DNA of 64,000 bases from Candidatus Bathyarchaeota archaeon RBG_16_48_13 (GCA_001775995.1 MEZH01000001.1:49468-113467), one strand, 5' to 3'; positions 1 through 9,885 are shown, counted from the stretch's first letter. Made by a program: numbers and translations. Notes: generated by a model from the sequence alone, not told the origin.

Positions 1-562
1 CGCCAAAATCCACGTCAATTATGAAATTGTTATTATCAGTAATGACGGGCCCAACTTTGCCCAAGGACTGCCTTAAGATAGGTTTTCCGCCCAGTTGTTG
101 GATTCTTTTCGACGATGTCTGTAGGGCGATAGGGAATATCTCAAGGGGAACTGGATGATCTAGAATCGCGGCAATTTTGGTTTCATCTACGACTATCAAG
201 AGGTCTTTAGCGGCACTGTCAATAATCTTCTCGCGGGTTAGCGCCGCGCCTCCGCCCTTTATAAGGTTCAGATCTCTAGAGACCTGGTCAGCACCATCAA
301 TCGCGATGTCTATCTCAGGGTTTTCGTTGAGGGTAGTCAGTCTTATTCCAGATTCAATGGCCAAAAACATCGATTGATAGGAAGTGGGAATCCCTAAAAC
401 ATTCAGACCTTCCGTCGCGATTCTTTTTCCGAGTTCTCTTATGGCATAAGCTGCTGTGCTTCCACTCCCCAAACCAACGATTTGGCCATCTCTAATTCTC
501 TTAAGAGCTTGTTCAACGGCCGCTCTCTTTGCATCCTCTCTCCAGTCCTTCTCAAAGGACAT
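1..562 (-). CDS. rpiA: Ribose-5-phosphate isomerase A (5' part; runs off the window start; absent from the ORF track)
   Basis: Manual minus-strand translation from ATG at 562: MSFEKDWREDAKRAAVEQALKRIRDGQIVGLGSGSTAAY...DIAIDGADQV...LIKGGGAALTREKII, containing the RpiA motifs GLGSGST, DGADQV and KGGGAALTREK. Confidence 0.93.
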   Translation of the reverse strand, partial: MSFEKDWREDAKRAAVEQALKRIRDGQIVGLGSGSTAAYAIRELGKRIATEGLNVLGIPTSYQSMFLAIESGIRLTTLNENPEIDIAIDGADQVSRDLNLIKGGGAALTREKIIDSAAKDLLIVVDETKIAAILDHPVPLEIFPIALQTSSKRIQQLGGKPILRQSLGKVGPVITDNNNFIIDVDFG

Positions 563-564
563 TC

Positions 565-1185
565 TTAGATTCCAGCCTCGGTCTTGTCGAGTTTTTCGAT
601 GAGCTTCAGTACCTCTTCCCTGATATTCTCGATCTTCTGTTCTGTTGGACTCTTAGGAGTTGGTGGCTTAGGCTTTGTCTCCTTTGGCCTAGTCTTTTCC
701 GACGGAGTCTTGGCAGCCTCATCCTTGGGTTTCTCTTCAGCCACTTCGCTACGCTTTTGCCCCAAGAGGCCACGGACATCGTCGATCTTACGATTCAATT
801 CATCTATCTTTTCGTAGAACATCCCGATTAGTTCAGATTGAGTCTCTTCCAGTTTGTATAAGTCTATGACGGACTGACTATAATCTAGTTTCTCTTCTAT
901 CTGACTAAGTTCTTCTTTATACTTCTTGGTGAGGTGGTCCCGTTCACCCTCGCTTATCTTTCCTTCAGCCTCTGCCTCATAGAGTCGCGTCAAGGCGTAG
1001 CTAGTGATCTCCTTCAAGAGGCTGGAGATCTTCAACTCCTCTTTCGCTTGAGTTGCCTCTTCATCTTTGATCGTCTTACTGGAGGTGAATGGCAATTTCA
1101 TTCTTGGTTCTTCTGTAATGGGAAGAGTCGTCGACTTTTCAGGCTCTTTCTTTTCTTTTCCGAAATATTTCATTATACGGCTCAA
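565..1185 (-). CDS. Hypothetical charged coiled-coil protein
   Basis: 206-aa ORF, E/K-rich helical segments with a P/K-rich linker; stop abuts the rpiA start. Confidence 0.7.
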   Translation of the reverse strand: MSRIMKYFGKEKKEPEKSTTLPITEEPRMKLPFTSSKTIKDEEATQAKEELKISSLLKEITSYALTRLYEAEAEGKISEGERDHLTKKYKEELSQIEEKLDYSQSVIDLYKLEETQSELIGMFYEKIDELNRKIDDVRGLLGQKRSEVAEEKPKDEAAKTPSEKTRPKETKPKPPTPKSPTEQKIENIREEVLKLIEKLDKTEAGI

Positions 1186-1415
1186 AGAATCTGAAACCTC
1201 GGCTACAGTTAGGAGTATCCTATCCCGGATTATGTAATTTCTGGAGTAGTTCTTATAAGCGTAATTTCTTCAAATAAAACATTTCTTGTCAATGGATTCG
1301 TTGGGAGAAAATTGGAAAAACATGGGCAATCCAGTAGGATTGCCGATTTTCGGGGAGGGAAAACATAAAAGCTAATCTATAACCTTCTTGAATGTCAAAT
1401 GTGCCCCGGCATCGA

Positions 1416-1552
1416 GCCTCGGTACCCAAACCTTGGGCGAGAGAGCTCAGCATGGTCAGATGCCTTGAGTGCGAAGGCGGGCTAAAGCGCCAGCTTGGTA
1501 TCCATCAACAAAGAGCTGTAGGTCGCGGGTCCGAATCCCGCCCGGGGCTCCA
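1416..1552 (+). tRNA. tRNA-Thr(GGT) with three introns (8/9, 22/23, 37/38)
   Basis: Acceptor GCCTCGG/CCGGGGC, U73, encoded CCA; removing 1424-1443, 1460-1485 and 1501-1513 (BHB-like) restores the cloverleaf with loop TT-GGT-AA. Confidence 0.85.
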
Positions 1553-1922
1553 AGATTTTCCACTTTAATTATGAAGGAAAAAAAGGAAGAATAATGATCA
1601 CATGCCCGTGGAAGGGCACAATACCCGAAAAAGGCTATTCGTAACTACTTTTTCTTTGGTTTTGCTTTTGCTTTCTTCTTGGACATTATAGAGTTCTCCG
1701 ACTCGATAATTTTGTAGCTTTTAGAATAAAAAACTTTACATCGAGAAACTGGCCCTAAACCAATTCGAAGAAGAGTTTGGAACCAAACCGCACCTTAGAC
1801 GCATTCTGGAGCGGTATTTGGAAGCTGTTATTTCATAGAAAAAATTTAAAGACTCGTTTTGAGTCAATTAAGCGCCTTTATAGAGGAAACTCGTCTTTAA
1901 GACTTCACAATGAGGAACCTAA

Positions 1923-2756
1923 ATGTACCAGATAGTAGCCGAAATAGAACTGGCGCCTAACATAAAGCAATTCAGAATCAATGCCCCGCTGATAGCAAAG
2001 AAATGTATGCCAGGTCAGTTCATAGTTCTCCGAACGAACGAGAAAGGAGAAAGAATTCCTCTAACTGTCTTCGAAAAAGATCCCGGGGAAGGGACGATTA
2101 CAATAATATTCCAAGAAGTGGGGAAAACTACCAAGGAGCTCGGTAGATTGAGAACCGGGGAGGCCATTCAAGACGTCGTTGGACCGCTCGGCACTCCTTC
2201 CGAAATTAGAAATTATGGTCAAGTCGTGGCGATAGCTGGCGGAACGGCTGCTGCTGTGGCTTATCCGGAGATTAAGGCTTTGAAACTAGTTGGAAACAAA
2301 CTGATAACCATTTTGGGTGCTCGCAGTAAGGATCTCTTAATTCTTGAGGAAGAAATGAGAAAATACAGTGATGAATTATACATAACGACCGATGATGGCT
2401 CAAAGGGTCACCATGGTTTTGTGACAGATGTTCTCAAGAAGCTTGTTGCTGATGGTAAGAAAATCGACATGGTTCTAGCTATAGGGCCAGCTATAATGAT
2501 GAAGGTCGCTTCAGAGATTACTCGACCTTTCAACATACGGACGATTGTTAGCGTCAACCCTATTATGTTGGACGCTACAGGGATGTGTGGCGTCTGTAGA
2601 GTAAGGGTGAACAACGAGATGAAGTTGGGCTGCGTTGACGGACCGGAATTTGATGGGCACCTAGTGGATTTTGATCAACTTATGGCCCGCCAAAATATGT
2701 ATACAGAAAAGGAAAAGGAATCCCTTCACGCATACGAAGCCAAAATGAAAAAATGA
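1923..2756 (+). CDS. nfnA: NfnA/SudB-like FAD/NAD-binding, [2Fe-2S] small subunit of NADH-dependent ferredoxin:NADP+ oxidoreductase
   Basis: PGQFIVLR, ERIPLT, GPLG and the C-terminal DATGMCGVCRV...CVDGPEFDG motif. Confidence 0.88.
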   Translation: MYQIVAEIELAPNIKQFRINAPLIAKKCMPGQFIVLRTNEKGERIPLTVFEKDPGEGTITIIFQEVGKTTKELGRLRTGEAIQDVVGPLGTPSEIRNYGQVVAIAGGTAAAVAYPEIKALKLVGNKLITILGARSKDLLILEEEMRKYSDELYITTDDGSKGHHGFVTDVLKKLVADGKKIDMVLAIGPAIMMKVASEITRPFNIRTIVSVNPIMLDATGMCGVCRVRVNNEMKLGCVDGPEFDGHLVDFDQLMARQNMYTEKEKESLHAYEAKMKK

Positions 2757-2769
2757 AAGGTGCAGGATA

Positions 2770-4257
2770 TTGGAGCTAAATAAAATAGACACAGGAATTT
2801 CAACCAAAGAGATGATATTGAACATAGTACTTTACAAGGAAGACCCAAACTATCCAACAGTCTACAGATATTTTAGAAGACAGGAAATGCCAAAGCAACC
2901 CATAGTAGAGAGGATCAAGAACTTCAACGAAGTTGCTTTAGGTTTTGAGCCGGACCAAGCTATAATGGAAGCGAGCAGATGTCTGCAATGCCAAGATCCT
3001 CAATGTCGAAGGGGCTGTCCTGTTGGCATCAATATCACATCTTTCTGCGGGTATGTTAGAGAAGGAAATTTTGACAAGGCCATCTCAGTGATTAGAGAAA
3101 GCAACAGTCTTCCAGCAATATGTGGCAGAGTCTGCCCTCAGGAGAGTCAATGTGAAGCTTACTGCGCGATGGGTCAAACAGGGTCGCCTCTAGCTATCGG
3201 AGCTTTGGAGAGATTCTTAGCTGATTACGAATTGAAGAAGGGAATTACGATGCCTAGTATCGCTCCAATTACTGGAAAAAAGGTTGCTGTAATTGGATCT
3301 GGACCAGCAGGATTGACTGTAGCTGGGGACCTAGCCAAGTTAGGTCACATTGTCTCTATCTTTGAAGCTCTCCACACACCAGGTGGCGTACTAGCTTACG
3401 GTATACCTGAATTCAGATTGCCTAAGTCGATTGTGGCTGCCGAGGTTGACTATGTCAAAAGACTTGGTGCAAAGCTGGAGACTAACATGGTAATTGGAAA
3501 GATTTTCACAATCGATGAACTCGTTGAAATGGGGTACCAAGCGATTTTTCTAGGGACTGGAGCTGGATCGCCTTATTTTCTTAGTATATCTGGAGAAAAT
3601 CTGAATGGAGTCTACTCGGCAAATGAGTTCTTGACCAGATGCAATTTAATGAAGTCATATCTCTTTCCAGAATACGATACGCCTCTGATTGTGGGAAAGG
3701 AAGTTGTAGTGATCGGAGGAGGAAATGTGACAATGGATTCTGCCCGAACCGCTTTGAGGCTCGGGGTGGAGAAGGTACATGTGGTATATAGGCGATCTGA
3801 ACAGGAGATGCCAGCTCGAAGAGAAGAGGTTCTGAATGCTAAAGATGAGGGGATACTGTTTAATTTCTTGACATACCCTCTGCGACTCATAGGCAACTCT
3901 AGGGGTTGGGTTGAGAAGGTAGAATGCGGAATGATGGAACTTTGTGAGCCTGATGAAACGGGTAGGAGAAGACCAGTACCGATCCCCAATCATAGTTTCA
4001 CGATAGATGCTCAGACAGTGATCATAGCTATAGGTCAGGGACCAAATCCGCTCCTGTCAAAAGTGACAAAAGATCTTGAAACGGACAGAGATGGCCGTTT
4101 CATAGCTGACGAATGGGGAAGGACATCAAAGAGGGGCATTTGGTCAGGGGGAGATGTTGCAACCGGGTGGGCGGATGCAACGGTCATCAACGCCATGGGT
4201 ACGGGAAAGAGGGCGGCATCTTCAATTCATCAATTCCTGACAACTGGCCAATGGTAA
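2770..4257 (+). CDS. nfnB: NfnB/SudA-like (GltD-family) large subunit with two [4Fe-4S] clusters and FAD
   Basis: EASRCLQCQDPQCRRGCPV, CGRVCPQESQCE, GSGPAG and GGGNV motifs; directly downstream of nfnA. Confidence 0.88.
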   Translation: MELNKIDTGISTKEMILNIVLYKEDPNYPTVYRYFRRQEMPKQPIVERIKNFNEVALGFEPDQAIMEASRCLQCQDPQCRRGCPVGINITSFCGYVREGNFDKAISVIRESNSLPAICGRVCPQESQCEAYCAMGQTGSPLAIGALERFLADYELKKGITMPSIAPITGKKVAVIGSGPAGLTVAGDLAKLGHIVSIFEALHTPGGVLAYGIPEFRLPKSIVAAEVDYVKRLGAKLETNMVIGKIFTIDELVEMGYQAIFLGTGAGSPYFLSISGENLNGVYSANEFLTRCNLMKSYLFPEYDTPLIVGKEVVVIGGGNVTMDSARTALRLGVEKVHVVYRRSEQEMPARREEVLNAKDEGILFNFLTYPLRLIGNSRGWVEKVECGMMELCEPDETGRRRPVPIPNHSFTIDAQTVIIAIGQGPNPLLSKVTKDLETDRDGRFIADEWGRTSKRGIWSGGDVATGWADATVINAMGTGKRAASSIHQFLTTGQW

Positions 4258-4311
4258 ACCGCCGTCATTTCTTATCGCAGTTTGAGATTGCTTCTTGGGT
4301 GGAACGATGAT

Positions 4312-5123
4312 TTGAACTGGAACACTCTCATATTAGAGGCAGCCACAGAAGTAAAGCGAAGAGTCACACATCTAGTTGGGACAAATGAGGGCAGAAGATC
4401 TTTTGGAATTGGAGCTGGCGGGGACACCACAAGAAAAATAGACAAGGCTGCGGAAGAAGCGATCGTTGATACCTTGAATTATCAGTGTGCTGCACCTTTG
4501 TGAGCGAGGAAATGGGCACTAAGATCATAGGTGGAGAATCAGATTTATTCGTGGTGGCGGACCCTGTTGATGGGACAACTAACGCACTTCATAGCATAGA
4601 TTTCTATGCTACATCCATAGCAATCTCTGACAAACCATTTTTGGACGGGGTGTTCTACGGATTAGTAATGAATCTGGTGAATGGTGAAGTATTTGAGGCT
4701 GGAAGAGGAAGAGGAGCTCTCCACAACGGACAGCCATTAGAGGTATCAAGCGAGACGGACGTCGCTTCGAGCATTGTAGGTATAGACTTAAGTGGAATCG
4801 ATAAAATCATGCTGAAAAGAGTTGAACCAATTATTTTGAGTTGCCGTCATCTAAGGCATTTTGGCGCCAACGCATTAGAGTTATGTCAAGTGGCTTCTGG
4901 ACTGATAGAAGTATTTATCGATATTAGAGATAGGATTCGAGCTACTGACATAGCAGCAGCTTACTTACTACTAAGAGAGGCGGGTGGAGTGGTGCTGGAT
5001 CCTACTGGGGTTGAACTAAATGTACCCTTGACCCCCAAATCCAGAGCATCTTTGATAGCCGGAAACCCAAAGATATGCAATAGGATTCTGGACAAATTCA
5101 GAATAGCCTCAAAGATTTACTGA
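4312..5123 (+). pseudogene. Bifunctional FBPase/inositol monophosphatase, split by a frameshift near 4480-4490
   Basis: The N-part (GAGGDTTRKIDKAAEEAIVDTL) and the C-part (VSEEMG, DPVDGTTN, RATDIAAA) lie in different frames. Confidence 0.8.
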
Positions 5124-5205
5124 TCGTGGCAGCAGATGATTCTTACTCCTTAACGGATCGAAGCTAAGTCAGGATTGATGTGGGTAGGTGTTTTTAGGAT
5201 TTCAA

Positions 5206-5293
5206 TGGTGCGGAGGAAGGGATTTGAACCCTTGGACTCCTGCGAGACAAGGTCCTGAGCCTTGCGCCTTTGACCAAACTTGGCTACCTCCGC
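5206..5293 (-). tRNA. tRNA-Leu(CAG), no intron
   Basis: GCGGAGG...CAAGG CT-CAG-GA CCTTG, long variable arm, TTCAAAT T-loop, CCA. Confidence 0.93.
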
Positions 5294-5416
5294 TGCAAAC
5301 TAACCATAAGGGATATGCTCTCTCCCTTAAATATCATTACTTAGAAAGAACAGAAACATTTCCAATTGAGAATCTTTTGAGTAAAGTGGACGAAATTGAG
5401 TTTAGCTTTAGAAAGA

Positions 5417-5504
5417 TGGTGCGGGGAGTGGGACTTGAACCCACGAAGGCCTGCGCCATAGGAGCCTCAGTCCTACTCCTTAGACCTAGCTCGGAAATCC
5501 CCGC
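5417..5504 (-). tRNA. tRNA-Leu(GAG), no intron
   Basis: GCGGGGA...TAGGA CT-GAG-GC TCCTA, long variable arm, CCA. Confidence 0.93.
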
Positions 5505-5570
5505 CTTGCCGACCAGAATCTAGATGGAATATTTCTTAGCTATTAAGGTATTCCAATTCCAAATGAATGA

Positions 5571-5644
5571 AGCCTCGGCCGGGCTTCGATCCCGGGACTT
5601 ACGGCTTACGAGGTCGTCGCTCTACCAGACTGAGCCACCGAGGC
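5571..5644 (-). tRNA. tRNA-Thr(CGT), no intron
   Basis: GCCTCGG/CCGAGGC acceptor, U73, loop CT-CGT-AA; T-loop reads ATCGAAG. Confidence 0.85.
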
Positions 5645-5735
5645 ACACTAACTATTGGAGAGGTAGAGGTTTTTAAAGAAATTTTTCATAATCTAAGGAT
5701 ATTATGTATAGACTCCTAATTGTGGGGCGTGATAA

Positions 5736-6770
5736 GTGTTGTTGAGAGCTAAGGATCTTGGGGAATGGAAGATAATAGATATCTTCCATAAGAATTTCGA
5801 GGAAGCTCCTGATCTTCTAGTGCCCTTTGGCGATGATGTCTCTGTGGTTGACCTTGGAAAAGATGCTTTGGCAGCAATTAAGACGGATATGTTGGTAGCT
5901 TCGACCGATGTGCCACCTGGGATGACGGACTGGCAAGTGGGTAGAAAAGCAGTGGTCGGAACGATAAGCGATTTTGCAGCAAAAGGGGTCGAACCCAAGG
6001 CCGTACTGGTCTCTTTGGGTATTCCTGCTGAATATTCGAAAATCAGCTTGGAAGCTTTAGCCAAAGGAGTCAATGCCGGGGCCAGAGAATACGGTGCCTT
6101 TGTCCTCGGAGGTGACACAAATGAGTCCAGAGATCTGGTAATTGCAGTTATGCTCTTGGGGGCGACAAGAAAAGGCCAAATAACTCTCCGAAGCACAGCG
6201 AAACCCAATGATATTGTAGCTGTCACTGGCCCATTTGGGAAGACTGCGGCAGGGCTACAATGCCTTGTTGATAAAACGGTAAGAATTCGCAGGAAGCTGG
6301 AAGCGGAACTATTGGAAGCCTTGTACATGCCGAAAGCAAGACTAAATGAGGGACTGACCCTGAGCAAGCGTGGTCTAACAACTTCCATAATTGATTCTAG
6401 CGATGGGCTAGCTTGGAGTCTTCACGAATTATCCAAATCAAGTAGAAAGGGGTTCATTGTAGACAAGTTGCCAACAACTGAGTCTGTGAAGGAATATGCA
6501 AAAATGAGCAACATTAAGCTTGAGGATCTTATCCTCTACGGTGGCGAGGAATATGAATTGGTCATGACTGTAAACCAAGAGAAATGGGAAGAAGCCAAAG
6601 AGGCTATTGAACAAGTCGGTGGAAAACTCATTAGAATTGGTCGCACAACACGTGAGCGAGGTGTTAGATACAAAAGAGGTCATGATACGATACTTATTGA
6701 ATCTCGTGGATGGGAACACTTCAAATCAGGTGATCAAAACAAGGAGACTCTAGCAAGGAGATTCAGGTAA
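5736..6770 (+). CDS. thiL: Thiamine-monophosphate kinase
   Basis: GDDVSVV, KTDMLV, SDFAAKG, GGDT, DSSDGL and GGEEYEL motifs. Confidence 0.92.
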   Translation: MLLRAKDLGEWKIIDIFHKNFEEAPDLLVPFGDDVSVVDLGKDALAAIKTDMLVASTDVPPGMTDWQVGRKAVVGTISDFAAKGVEPKAVLVSLGIPAEYSKISLEALAKGVNAGAREYGAFVLGGDTNESRDLVIAVMLLGATRKGQITLRSTAKPNDIVAVTGPFGKTAAGLQCLVDKTVRIRRKLEAELLEALYMPKARLNEGLTLSKRGLTTSIIDSSDGLAWSLHELSKSSRKGFIVDKLPTTESVKEYAKMSNIKLEDLILYGGEEYELVMTVNQEKWEEAKEAIEQVGGKLIRIGRTTRERGVRYKRGHDTILIESRGWEHFKSGDQNKETLARRFR

Positions 6771-6833
6771 AGATGACTAATTTGTGAAAGATCATCACGC
6801 ATGCGATGCAAGCTTTCTCGCATGTAATTGTAG

Positions 6834-6978
6834 CGGGCCCGACGGGAATTGAACCCGTGACCCCCGGATTTCTTCTTTTCTCATTAAAAGTTTCACCGAA
6901 GCGCCATTTTCAGGCGACCTCTCCGATGCTCTTCCTAGCTGAGCCTCCCGGCCGAAACAAAGATCGGCTTACGGGCCC
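6834..6978 (-). tRNA. tRNA-Lys(TTT) with three introns (9/10, 30/31, 37/38)
   Basis: GGGCCCG acceptor; each intron forms a BHB; spliced anticodon arm TCGGA CT-TTT-AA TCCGG. Confidence 0.87.
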
Positions 6979-7086
6979 ATGGACCCGCTAAGAAGCTTTC
7001 TCAAACGGAATCTTCCTAATAACTTTTCCTCTTCCATTTGTTATAGTAAAAATTTAAATAAAAACTGCTCATTCAATGTGATGGAA

Positions 7087-7216
7087 GCCCTGGTAGTATA
7101 GCCCGGCCTAGTATGTGCGGCTGAACCCGAAAAAAGGGTAGCCGAATCACCCGCACGACCCGGGTTCAAATCCCGGCCAAAGGAAAGAAAAGAATCTTTC
7201 CTACCGAAGGGCGCCA
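7087..7216 (+). tRNA. tRNA-Asp(GTC) with introns at 34/35 (7124-7146) and 68/69 (7180-7208)
   Basis: GCCCTGG acceptor; spliced arm TGCGG CT-GTC-AC CCGCA; BHB-like folds at both junctions; CCA. Confidence 0.85.
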
Positions 7217-7302
7217 CACTTTGATAGTGCCGGGGCTTCGCCATTCCATCAATTGACCGGTTGTCATTTTTATAAGCTCCAAGAGCGATAGATCATTTCC
7301 AG

Positions 7303-8307
7303 ATGACGAAAATGGCAACTTTGGGAATAGCGATAACTCCCAGTAAGAGTCCATTGGAATATGTTAAGATTGCCCAGTTGTGCGAAACGATGGGTGTAGA
7401 ATATATCTGGGTGGCTGACGAAATACCTTCTTCTCCGTATCGAGACCCATTTGTAACTATGACAATCTTAGCCCTGAACACAAAGAAAGTGAAACTTGGC
7501 ACAGACATCACAAACCCTTACACACGACATCTAGCACATATTGCCGCGGCGATGTTATCTATAGATGAGATTTCTAATGGAAGAGCCGTAATTGGTCTTG
7601 GGCCAGGTGGCTCCCTGACTCTTCAGCCTTTGGGAATAAGGTTATGGGACAAACCTTTACTAACTGTCAGAGAAGCAGTCAATCTTCTTGGACGACTCGT
7701 AAACGGGGAAATCGTAAACCACGATAGCTCCCCCATGAAAATGGTCAGAGTCCAAATGTTCCGCAAAAGTAAGATTCCTATCTATTTAGCTGCCCGAGGA
7801 GAAGGAATGCTGTCTCTTGCGGGCGAGATAGCCGATGGAGTCCTTCCCACATCTCCAATAAAACTATTGAGGAATCAGGTGAATTTAATAAAGGAAAGTG
7901 CTAGGAAAGCAGGTCGCGACATCTCGAAGATTGACATAGCAAACACTATACCCCTTTCAGTTTCCATGAATGAAAACCAAGCGCGAGAAGCAATAAAGCC
8001 CGAGATAACCTACATGATCACCAATCTTCCAAAATCATGGCTTGTACAACTAGACATGAGCGAAAACGAGCAAGAGATTGTTAGAAAAGCCCTCTTCAAG
8101 GGAGGAATAATAGAAGCACAAAAGAAGATTAAAGACAAAATGGTAGACGCTCTCGGAATAGTTGGTACTCCTAAAACTTGCGCACAAAAATTCAGGGAAA
8201 TGATGAATGCTGGGGCGACCCAAGTAGTCTTGTCATCACCCTTTGGCCCGGATCTGAAGGAGGCTTTCAATCTCATAAAGGACGACGTTATACCGAGACT
8301 TAAATAG
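7303..8307 (+). CDS. LLM-class (Mer-like) flavin/F420-dependent oxidoreductase
   Basis: WVADE, KLGTDITNPYTRH, IYLAARG, GEIADGV motifs. Confidence 0.88.
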   Translation: MTKMATLGIAITPSKSPLEYVKIAQLCETMGVEYIWVADEIPSSPYRDPFVTMTILALNTKKVKLGTDITNPYTRHLAHIAAAMLSIDEISNGRAVIGLGPGGSLTLQPLGIRLWDKPLLTVREAVNLLGRLVNGEIVNHDSSPMKMVRVQMFRKSKIPIYLAARGEGMLSLAGEIADGVLPTSPIKLLRNQVNLIKESARKAGRDISKIDIANTIPLSVSMNENQAREAIKPEITYMITNLPKSWLVQLDMSENEQEIVRKALFKGGIIEAQKKIKDKMVDALGIVGTPKTCAQKFREMMNAGATQVVLSSPFGPDLKEAFNLIKDDVIPRLK

Positions 8308-8330
8308 TCTTGGAAACAAATTCTTTATTT

Positions 8331-9338
8331 TCAAGCGTTCTCTTCAATTCTTGGGATTATATCTTCGTCAAGAAACCTAATCATCTTTTTCATATCTGCT
8401 CCAAGCGGAAATACTAGGTTGAACTCATCTATTCCTTTCTCTATGTATGCTCTAAAACGCCTCAGGCATTCTTGGGGAGTTCCCGTGATGGAGAGTTTCT
8501 CAACTACCTCATCTGATATTAGCTCGGAAGCCTTGTCCCAGTTGGGTACAGCATTCTGTATCGCTGCAACCTCTTCTAGGCCTATCTTGGCCATCTCCAA
8601 CATCTGGTGTGGAGCCATTATCAGAAACTGAGGAAATGGAAAACGCTTGACTATGTTCCTCGCTGCATCACCATCCTCCGAGATCATGCACATTATGCAG
8701 TTTGCGTACCGAAAATTCTTCCTCCTGCCAGCAGTCTTTAGACCTTCTCCAACCTTGTTGATAGCATATCCAACGTACTCAACAGGCACCCCGTCTAAGA
8801 GAACTCCGTCAGCAACGCTCCCTGCTATCGTCATCATCCTTGGCCTGCGGCAAGCTAGATAAATAGGCACTTCAGCTGGTCTTCGGTCAAGAAGGTGAGC
8901 CTCATGAGTCTCAAAAATCTCACCATCGTATGTGAGTTTCTCACCAGTCAGAATTCTCCTAACGATCTCTATGGTTTCTCTGCAACGTTTAACAGGCTGG
9001 TCCCATTTCATGTTGATGGCAGCAAGCATTTCTCTACTTCCAGCTCCAAGAGCTAAGAGAGCTCGTCCTCCGGAAATTTCGTTCAGATAGCCTATGGAAA
9101 AAGCTGTAACAAATGGATCGCGGGTGTATGGGTTGGTGGCTCCCAAGGCTAGTTCAACTCTCTTTGTTTCCCAGGCCATAATGTTTAGTATGGCGTATGG
9201 ATCAGCATGAACCGCTCCGTCACCTGTCCAGACAGTATCAATTCTTGATTCATCAGCGATCTTGCAGAACTCCTTTATCTCTTTCAAGCCGCCTCTGCTT
9301 ATTGTAAAGGGTATTCCAGCTACTCCGAATTTGACCAT
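8331..9338 (-). CDS. LLM-class (Mer-like) flavin/F420-dependent oxidoreductase, second paralog
   Basis: ATNPYTRDP, SGGRALLALGAG, IYLAC, ADGVLL motifs; convergent with the first paralog. Confidence 0.88.
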   Translation of the reverse strand: MVKFGVAGIPFTISRGGLKEIKEFCKIADESRIDTVWTGDGAVHADPYAILNIMAWETKRVELALGATNPYTRDPFVTAFSIGYLNEISGGRALLALGAGSREMLAAINMKWDQPVKRCRETIEIVRRILTGEKLTYDGEIFETHEAHLLDRRPAEVPIYLACRRPRMMTIAGSVADGVLLDGVPVEYVGYAINKVGEGLKTAGRRKNFRYANCIMCMISEDGDAARNIVKRFPFPQFLIMAPHQMLEMAKIGLEEVAAIQNAVPNWDKASELISDEVVEKLSITGTPQECLRRFRAYIEKGIDEFNLVFPLGADMKKMIRFLDEDIIPRIEENA

Positions 9339-9885
9339 ATACTAGACCTTAATGTTCAAGTTAAAGATCATTTTCGTTGACATGTAATTTTTCTTGAGAT
9401 GAAGTCGCCAGAATTCTGCAACACACAGAATTCTTCTTCCAATTTATGTCATAGAATTCAAAATGGAAAGATAGAGTATGAAAAAACTCTGACGGAAATA
9501 TTGACAATGGTAATTGTCGAGTGAAAAGAATCATTTTGAAAAATAATAACATGTACTGTTTTCGCGGAATGTAGCACGGAAAATTTAAAGTTGGAAGGGC
9601 TTGCGGCCGGATTTGCCAAATGACGATATGAAGGAGTTATGAACCTGCAGATTTGTAGCATGGCGGCACGCGCGCTCATGATAATTAATACTTTTGTTCT
9701 TTTCAAAGAGGGTACCAGTATGATACCAAGCGATGACAGGGTCTCCAGTGGTACTACCACCACCCATCGGGGGTGTGTGGGTTTGTCCAGTACCCGGATG
9801 TGGTAAATCATACCCACTTGCGAATTAGGGGTGAGTGGAATGGCAGGGGGTGGCATATCTCAAAAGGAAGACTGGACCACCCGGG

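Noticed and set aside
1403-1415. Alternative 5' end of tRNA-Thr(GGT) at GCCCCGG (1403), implying a fourth intron
   Set aside because: GCCTCGG at 1416 matches the tRNA-Thr(CGT) paralog and gives a strict BHB for the 8/9 intron; no convincing BHB supports the upstream start.
5188-7244. Track ORFs 5188-5523, 6806-6991 and 7041-7244
   Set aside because: They overlap tRNA genes and are chance open frames.
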